DNA from: Candidatus Poseidoniaceae archaeon
GTDB taxonomy: Archaea; Thermoplasmatota; Poseidoniia; Poseidoniales; Poseidoniaceae
Length of the DNA: 32,000 nucleotides
Reading direction: 5' to 3'
NCBI GenBank assembly: GCA_943789275.1
Contig: CALSTM010000003.1
Coordinates: 330,001-362,000 of the forward strand
A program made the position numbers and the translations under genes. Shown here piece by piece: positions 7,556 through 14,236 of this stretch (positions are counted from its first letter, which is position 1; each line of letters opens with the position of its first letter). The notes under the pieces were generated by a model. That model saw only the letters and a program-made list of their open reading frames with translations. It searched no databases and had not been told where the DNA came from.

Positions 7556-10089
7556 AGATTTCTGAAAAATTTGATTTTGTACAATGGGGGGGCCTTCGAT
7601 CCGAAACATTAGATGATTCACCAATTGATGTATCAGATGGCGTACACATAAAGCGATGGAAAGAATCTGTGATTATCTATCGAATAACCAATGCATCACT
7701 GATCAAAGAATCCGAAACACTCCTTGTTGGGTTTAACGCTGCAATATCTAAACGAGAAGAAAAGGTTGCTCCGTTTTTCACAGGCGGGGGTAAGGCGACG
7801 AATCTTGAATCTCCTATCCTTTCCATCTCTGATAGTTCAACACATCACAAGGATGTCGCTCTTGGCTGGTATTTGGGCACATTAAACGACCCAAAATATC
7901 AACAGAACCTCGCAGAATTCCTACAACAACTGTGTTTAGATAACAATGTCAAGCCCATTCTTTTTGGAGGGTCGGGTGGAGGTTTTGCTTCAATTATTAT
8001 AGGGGATTTACTTAATATCGACTCAATTGTTTTGGCAATGAACCCACAAACGAACATACTAAATTGGTTTAAGGAACCATTAAGCCGGTTGTACAAGAAT
8101 CAATGGAATGCATCTACAAAGGACGACTTTCATTTAGTTCTTGAACAACAAAATATTCGCTATTCATTTGATAAATTACAAAACAACCCAAAATCAAAAA
8201 TTCTTATTCTACAGAATCTATTCGATGAGCTACAAATGGAAAGCCACATGCAGGCAGTATTCGGAGATTTATCGATACAAAATTTAACTCCAACTGGAAC
8301 GAGATCGAATGTGACTTGGTTCATAGGTTGTTGGGGGCCTGGTCACTATTCTCCATGGCCCTACCAAATCAAGGAATGTCTACGTAGAATTACAGATGAG
8401 TACGAGATCCAGGGCGCAGTTGAATACCTCATGAGTGAATTTTACCCAAAATTGACAGAATTTGAACCAACAATAAATCTTCAGGATATTTCACTTTCAG
8501 GCGGTGGAAAATTCGGAAACTTCAACTCAATCTTAACTTATCGAGCCCGTAGTGATTTGGAATGGTTAAACGTCCCGATTTATGGTTTTGATTTTTCAAG
8601 GTTTGATGTTTCAGATAGAAATCTGGCTTTTTGCATTTCTTCATTGAGGCAATGTGATTTTCTGTTTAGGGATCACAAAATGAACGGATTCAGTCGCTAT
8701 ATTGTATTGCATCATCTATTGGCATGGTGGAAATTCTCTAGATCCAGTAAGGGCATAGAATCTGTGATGGCATGGTATGACATGTCATCGGGATTAAGAG
8801 CCCAGAAAGTAGCCTATTTGCTTTCTATTTCAAAATACATACCTGGAATAAATCATTATCGTGAAACGCTGGAAGAGATTGCTCAAGAACACATAAAGTG
8901 GTTTAGCAAACCAGGATTTGTCAAGTTGGGGAATCACGGAATTTTCCAAATTCATGGTTTAATGGCAATTGCTATTTCTCTTGACCTTATTGACGAAAAG
9001 ACAAAAGCAACTAAACTGATGGGTTCTATTTTTCAAACACAATTCAGTCCTGAACTTATGCACGTGGAGAATTCCCCAGAATATCACCAATATGTTATCT
9101 CGATATTTGATGCATACTTTAGAACTGGTTGGTACGGAAGAGACATCACCTCGAAACTTACCAAAGCTAAGACACTGAATTATTGGTTGATTGATTCGAA
9201 TGATCGAAATTTGTGTATCGGAGATTCAGAACCCAAGAAGATTACACTGTCCGATGAACAAATTACAGAAGCAGTAAAAGGTGCAGATTTCTCATTTCAG
9301 AATGATGATCAAACCTACCATGTAAAGGAATTTAAAACCACTGGATATTTGTGTGTAAAAGCCCTCTCGCCGGCCACAAACCTATTTTTCTCATTATCTG
9401 CATTTACAAATATTGGCCATAGACAAGCGGATGATTTAAGCTTCATACTTTTTGATTCGGGATACTGGAGATTTGAAGACCCAGGAAAATACACCTACCA
9501 AAGAGACAAACGAAAATACATTGACCGAACCTACCAACACAACTCCTTGGTTGTTGACGACCAATCATATTCGGTCAAGTCAGATGGCCAATATCCTTCA
9601 TGTCGTAAGATTACGAGATTTTTGTCCGAACATGATATATTTCATACATCCATGAACTGGAACCCATTGGACTCGGTAAATCACGATAGACATATATTTT
9701 ACATGCCGAACAATTTCATGGTTGTTGTTGATAGACTCGTAAGTGAGACTAGACACAAATATGCACAATGGTTTCAAATTGGAAATGACTTCTCCATTTA
9801 TTCACAAAAAGGAAACACACTTATTTTTGAATCTCCAGATGATGGTTTTTTCGAAATCGAATTTATCTCCAACCCAAATGAATCAAGAATTCAAGCATTC
9901 CAAGGAAATCATGACATGCCTGTAGGTTGGATAAGCAAAAAGTATCAAGAAATTCAGCCAAATTTGGCCATTGAACATTCTCTAGAAACCGATCAATGCG
10001 ACTTATGGATGATTGCTAGATTCAGTGAGCATTTTGATACACAAGAAATCAAGAAGAAAATCACAACGATAATTTCCTCACTAGATTAA
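7552..10089 (+). CDS. Heparinase II/III-like (polysaccharide lyase/epimerase-fold) protein with an extra ~330-aa N-terminal domain
   Basis: 845-aa ORF. The C-terminal two thirds carry heparinase II/III-type blocks: GNHGIFQIHGLMAIA, ENSPEYHQYV, IGHRQADDLSFILFDSGYWRFEDPGKYTY, YQHNSLVVDDQSY. The N-terminal domain has a GxSxG-like element (LFGGSGGGFAS), which is weak evidence for an alpha/beta-hydrolase fold. The GTG start at 7552 overlaps the upstream TGA (GTGA) and follows GGGGAGGGG (7538-7545). Confidence 0.75.
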   Translation: MKISEKFDFVQWGGLRSETLDDSPIDVSDGVHIKRWKESVIIYRITNASLIKESETLLVGFNAAISKREEKVAPFFTGGGKATNLESPILSISDSSTHHKDVALGWYLGTLNDPKYQQNLAEFLQQLCLDNNVKPILFGGSGGGFASIIIGDLLNIDSIVLAMNPQTNILNWFKEPLSRLYKNQWNASTKDDFHLVLEQQNIRYSFDKLQNNPKSKILILQNLFDELQMESHMQAVFGDLSIQNLTPTGTRSNVTWFIGCWGPGHYSPWPYQIKECLRRITDEYEIQGAVEYLMSEFYPKLTEFEPTINLQDISLSGGGKFGNFNSILTYRARSDLEWLNVPIYGFDFSRFDVSDRNLAFCISSLRQCDFLFRDHKMNGFSRYIVLHHLLAWWKFSRSSKGIESVMAWYDMSSGLRAQKVAYLLSISKYIPGINHYRETLEEIAQEHIKWFSKPGFVKLGNHGIFQIHGLMAIAISLDLIDEKTKATKLMGSIFQTQFSPELMHVENSPEYHQYVISIFDAYFRTGWYGRDITSKLTKAKTLNYWLIDSNDRNLCIGDSEPKKITLSDEQITEAVKGADFSFQNDDQTYHVKEFKTTGYLCVKALSPATNLFFSLSAFTNIGHRQADDLSFILFDSGYWRFEDPGKYTYQRDKRKYIDRTYQHNSLVVDDQSYSVKSDGQYPSCRKITRFLSEHDIFHTSMNWNPLDSVNHDRHIFYMPNNFMVVVDRLVSETRHKYAQWFQIGNDFSIYSQKGNTLIFESPDDGFFEIEFISNPNESRIQAFQGNHDMPVGWISKKYQEIQPNLAIEHSLETDQCDLWMIARFSEHFDTQEIKKKITTIISSLD

Positions 10090-10768
10090 ATCAAGATATT
10101 TCTTGATCATCTCAGCAGGCTTACCTACAGAATATATTCCTCCAGATTCAATTACCACGATTCTAGAACATATATCTTCTAACAATCTCATTGAATGAGA
10201 TACAATGACCACCGTCCCAGATTCAGAAATCATATCTTTCACTCTTTTTTCGCTCTTCTTTCGAAACGAAGCATCTCCAACGCCCAGCACTTCGTCAATC
10301 AAGAGCAAGTCGGGTTTGAACGCGGTGGCGACAGAGATGCCAAGCCTAGATTTCATTCCAGAAGAATATGTACGAATTGGCCGGTCAAAGTGGTGGTCAA
10401 GCTCGGCAAAGGATTGGATTTCCTCAATCAGTTCGTCAATTTGTTCCGTCGTTCGTCCCATCAAGGCGCCGTAGAGGTATGCGTTCTCTCGTCCCGTCAA
10501 TTCTTTATGGAAGCCAACGCCAACGCCTGCAAGAAGAGATACGCTTCCTGCGTGGCAATAGTCCCTGAATCGGGGGGAAAACACCAGCCATCATCTTCAG
10601 AAGCGTGCTTTTGCCTGAACCGTTGCGTCCGATGATACCCAAAACTTCCCCTTGGTTGACCTCCAAGGAAATGTTGCGAACACCAGAAGGTTGGACATCT
10701 TCCTTCCGGTATTGGCGAGGCACTGGATATTCCAGTGTGATGTCATCCAGTCGCATGACGACCGTCAT
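10081..10768 (-). CDS. Polysaccharide-export ABC transporter ATP-binding protein (Wzt/TagH/KpsT-like, ~229 aa), interrupted as sequenced by two 1-nt frameshifts
   Basis: Track ORFs 10505..10768 and 10081..10584 are halves of one protein. They carry Walker A GRNGSGKST (10604-10630), the signature YSSGMKSRL, Walker B LLLIDEVLGVGD and the H-loop VIVSHS. The segment PPDSGTIATQ sits in the third frame between them. The ATG at 10768 overlaps the permease stop (ATGA) and follows GGTGGTGA. Confidence 0.85.
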
Positions 10769-11625
10769 ACATTCACCACCGCCCTGTGTGCTTTACGCTC
10801 AAAGACCATGGCGCCGAAGATATAGCCTAGAAGTGCGATTCCCAAGCACATCGCATAACCGTAGCCAGGTATTGCTGAAGATTCTCCAAGAACAGCATCT
10901 CGCATCCCCGTGATGGGAACGACTGTTGGGTTCATGTGAGCAACGAATCGCATGCCATCCTTCTCCAAACCGAGTGTTGAACATATCGTAGGTCCACATG
11001 ACCGGGGAGAGGAAAAATCCTGCTCGAACAAGGAAATTGATCAGGTTGAGGACATCAGGAACTTTGCATGCAATCGGAGCTAACAACAATCCAATCCCCC
11101 ATCCGGTGAAGGAAAGCAGTAATAACCAAACGGGGAGCATCAGAAGGTTTGCGGTTATCGGGAGGTCGTGAATGAAATAAAATGGAATCAGACAGGTGAG
11201 AGAAATGACAGCAAGAACGGCGTTTGTCAGCGTCCCACTTGTTGCAAAGACTGTTTTTGGAACGCGTGCAAATTGAAAGAGATTGATGGAACTGCTCAGC
11301 GACTTTGTAGAAGTGGTAAGTGACCTCGCAAACATCGTCCAACCAATGATTCCCAGAATTATTTTGACAGGATACAGCGGGATCGATGAACCAACGAGAA
11401 TGGTGAAAATGAAAGTGTATACGATTGCTAGAAGGAGTGGTTCAAGAACTGCCCAAGCATAACCGAGATAGGCTCGTCGATACGTCCGCTTGAGGTCTCG
11501 TTTACAGCAATACTAAGCAAATGCCTGGAACGAGATAGGTCTTTCAAAACAATGAATGGAAGTCGATGCAAAGCTCCGCTTTCCCCAAAGACGAGTGTGA
11601 GGCCCTCTCCCGCCTTGGCATCCAT
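10765..11625 (-). CDS. ABC-2 type polysaccharide-export permease (Wzm/TagG-like), interrupted as sequenced by at least two 1-nt frameshifts
   Basis: Three minus-strand frame segments join into one ABC-2 permease. Segment 1: LKDLSRSRHLLSIAV. Segment 2: KRDLKRTYRRAYLGYAWAVLEPLLLAIVYTFIF...SPVMWTYDMFNTRFGE. Segment 3: DGMRFVAHMNPTVVPITGMRDAVLG...VFERKAHR. The start is either ATG 11625 or possibly ATG 11685 behind a perfect SD (see findings). Confidence 0.8.
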
Positions 11626-11690
11626 GATGCCGGGGTTGACCGTTCACACATAAAGGCGACGCATTGTGTATCAGAGGGAATTCATCGTTC

Positions 11691-11700
11691 TCACCTCCTT
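11691..11700 (-). promoter_or_regulatory. Perfect Shine-Dalgarno sequence AAGGAGGTGA (minus strand), 5 nt upstream of ATG 11685
   Basis: Plus strand 11691-11700 is tcacctcctt, so the minus strand reads AAGGAGGTGA-gaacg-ATG. As sequenced the ATG opens only a 4-codon ORF (MNSL, TGA at 11671-11673). It is in the same frame as the permease start 60 nt downstream. Confidence 0.5.
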
Positions 11701-11747
11701 GTTTTCGATGGATTCAGCACTAGTCCACCGCTATCTTCAATGGGAGA

Positions 11748-13105
11748 GTGCCCAGGACATGGCCATTTGCGGCATTGGCCAATAAAATTGCCGATGGCAC
11801 AGACGAAGTTGGCATCATCGGCCTCGGTTATGTCGGACTTCCAACTGCCATTGGCTTCCATGACGCAGGTTTCGAAGTATGGGGCGTGGATGTTTCACAA
11901 CGCACAGTCGACATGGTTCGTGCTGGAGAAAATCCAACCGGTGACCCCGACGTGGACGATATTGTGCCCGCACCAGGCACAGAACGTTGGAACATTACTA
12001 CGTCAACTGCTGAAGCCGTACCCCACTGCGATGTTGTTCTGGTGACCGTTCCAACACCAATTACCCACGACCTCAAACCCGATTTGTCCTACGTTGAAGC
12101 AGCCGGAAGGGCAGTCTTCGAAGCAATTCCCAAAGGCTCGAACACCATTGTTGTGCTCGAATCAACAGTTTATCCCGGTGTCACTGCACAAACATGGTTG
12201 CCAATCGTTGAAGAATTGGGTCTTGTCATTGGAGAAGACTCGAAATCGCCTACTGCCCTGAACGGTTCAATCCCGGAGATGCGGCTCACGGCGTCCGCTC
12301 AAGTCGCTCGCGTCATCGGTTGTTCAAACCCAGAAATTGGCGAGGTGCTCGTTCAATTGTATTCCAAGTTAACCAGCGAAGACGTTCGATACGTCGGCAA
12401 ACTCGAAGTGGCTGAAGCTGCAAAAGTCATCGAAAACGTGCAGCGCGACATCAACATCGCCCTTGTCAATGAATTAGCCCGAATTTTCCCTGCTTTGGAT
12501 GTCGATGTCGAAGACGTACTTTCTGCAGCAGCGACCAAGTGGAACTTCCATCGCTACACGCCTGGTGTTGGCGTCGGAGGGCACTGCATTCCAGTTGACC
12601 CGTACTACATGATTCAACGAGCAGCTGATGTCGGTGTTCCTGCCGGCCTGATTACCGCAGCACGTGCCGTCAACCGCTCGATGCCGAACCACGTGGCACA
12701 AGTTCTTGTCAACATTCTTTGGAAAGCCGGATTAACCGCAGAGAACACCAAGGTTCTTCTTCTTGGCTGGTCTTACAAAGCCGAGGTGGGAGATCCACGC
12801 GAAACACCTGCTGAACCCTCGCAGCAGCCCTTCACGAGAAAGGTGTGGGTGTTGGCGTATATGACCCGCATTTGAGTGCAGATGGAATGCCTGATGACGT
12901 TGAATGGGTTTCCTCACTTGAAGAAGCAGAGGGGTATGATATGGCCGTTCTCGTCACAGCCCATCGAGCCTGTGTTGATATTGATTGGACAGGACTTCTT
13001 CAACGAATGAACACGCCTCTCCTTTACGACGGACGTCGAGTTCTTCCTCTATCGGAACTTGAAGCGATGGGATGGGAGACATTCGCAGTCGGTCGCCCAA
13101 ACTAG
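11748..13105 (+). CDS. Nucleotide-sugar 6-dehydrogenase (UDP-glucose/GDP-mannose dehydrogenase family, WecC/TviB/WbpA-like), carrying three frame disruptions as sequenced
   Basis: Motifs: Rossmann VGIIGLGYVGLP, VTVPTP, ESTVYPGVT, KVIENVQRDINIALVNE, catalytic GVGGHCIPVDPYY, LLGWSYKAEVGDPRETPA. The C-terminal domain continues in track ORF 12845..13105 (GVGVYDPHL...). The conserved IAYCPERFNPGD block is only readable in an alternative frame at 12239-12301. Confidence 0.85.
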
Positions 13106-13123
13106 TGTTTCGAACGTGATGGC

Positions 13124-14236
13124 ATGGGTGCAGAACAGCCGAACTTTTCTTTTGGTAGCCTTTTGAGTTCATTTGCCGTCTTTTTTGTATCCTTTCTGGT
13201 CTGTTCCGGCTATCTCGTCCCTGATTTGGTGAACAAGAGTCTCATCGAGGGAAATACCCTCAAGAGTGGCCGGTACGCCATCACTTTCCCTGCAATCGAA
13301 TGGATCGATGAACAGGAATCCGATGCCATCGTTGCCATTGGAAATTCTGTGCTTCAATATGCGACCGACGGCCAATGCATTCGTGAACAGTTAAACGGCA
13401 AAAACCCGGTTTACAATCTCGCTATTTCTGGAGCAAACCCCTACACAGAAATGGTACAGATACCTGCTCTGGTCGAAGCCCAACCCAAGATGGTGCTGTT
13501 GGACCTTGGCCCGAATTCATTGTGGTCGTTTTACAATTCTTCGAGTCTTGATGAGTACATTCAATTCCGCTTCACGATCTTGAGTTTGACCTCTGGCCTT
13601 CAAGACTCGGGTGACTGGAACCATCTGTTACGTTCGCAGGACCGCCCCTTCATCGCCTCTACGTTAGAGGAACGAATTCGACTGACCAGTTCTTATTCGC
13701 AAACTGCTATTGATAACCTCCTGTGGAAGGAGGTGGATGAATATGTGGATGTTTCCTATTATGACCGAAAGATGCCGGAAGTGAACGGCGAGGGTTGGGA
13801 TGCATATCTCCAAACGCCCACCTTCATGCCGCCAAAATTCGAGACATGGAATCAATCAGAGGTGGTGGATTGGTTCGAAGAAAATATGGCATCAAAGGCT
13901 CGTATGGGCGGCTATAACCCTCAGCAAAACGGAACCCTCAACCATCGAGCCTTGGAATACGTCATTGCGTCGTTGACCGAAGCCAACATCGAGGTGGTTA
14001 TGGTGGCTGTGCCTCATCACCCGCTTGCCTATGATTATCTTTCACCAGGGCAAATTGATGGCCACAACGCTACCTTGAACTACTTTGAACAGACATATGG
14101 CGCCAAATCAGTGAATTGGTTTTGGGAAGAATGGGACCAACAGATGTTCCGAGACCGAAACCATCTGGGTGACCAGGGAAGGATGTATTTTTGCGAGCGT
14201 ATGGCTGATGAGCTCAATCAGATGGAGTGGTCGTGA
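13124..14236 (+). CDS. N-terminally membrane-anchored SGNH/DltD/AlgJ-like protein, the probable partner of the downstream MBOAT
   Basis: 370 aa with an N-terminal hydrophobic anchor (FAVFFVSFLVCSGYLV). It has SGNH-like blocks AIGNSVLQY (block I with Asn for Asp), NLAISGANP and RDRNHL (DxxH-like). Its stop overlaps the MBOAT start (TGATG at 14234-14238). Confidence 0.55.
   Translation: MGAEQPNFSFGSLLSSFAVFFVSFLVCSGYLVPDLVNKSLIEGNTLKSGRYAITFPAIEWIDEQESDAIVAIGNSVLQYATDGQCIREQLNGKNPVYNLAISGANPYTEMVQIPALVEAQPKMVLLDLGPNSLWSFYNSSSLDEYIQFRFTILSLTSGLQDSGDWNHLLRSQDRPFIASTLEERIRLTSSYSQTAIDNLLWKEVDEYVDVSYYDRKMPEVNGEGWDAYLQTPTFMPPKFETWNQSEVVDWFEENMASKARMGGYNPQQNGTLNHRALEYVIASLTEANIEVVMVAVPHHPLAYDYLSPGQIDGHNATLNYFEQTYGAKSVNWFWEEWDQQMFRDRNHLGDQGRMYFCERMADELNQMEWS

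Noticed and set aside
11644-11673. Two in-frame TGA codons between the SD-led ATG 11685 and the permease start, raising recoding (Sec, or TGA read as a sense codon)
   Set aside because: TGA is used as a normal stop by several well-defined genes here (wecB, trxA, the SGNH-like gene, grxD). No SECIS-like context can be argued.
11691-11700. Plus-strand tcacctcctt is identical to the 3' tail of 16S rRNA, so it might be an rRNA fragment
   Set aside because: The flanking sequence (ttcatcgttc...gttttcgatg) bears no resemblance to the conserved 16S 3' end (…GGATCACCTCCTT preceded by the h45 stem). It is better read as an SD on the minus strand.
11566-12045. 159-aa plus-strand ORF spanning the divergent intergenic region and the dehydrogenase 5' end
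   Set aside because: It is out of frame with the Rossmann GxGxxG motif that defines the real gene. It overlaps the permease 5' end on the other strand.
6767-12818. Homopolymer indels as slipped-strand phase-variation switches of surface-glycan genes
   Set aside because: Most runs are only 2-4 nt (the longest is 6), far shorter than known contingency tracts. One pair is compensating within 60 nt. Sequence error or recent decay fits better.
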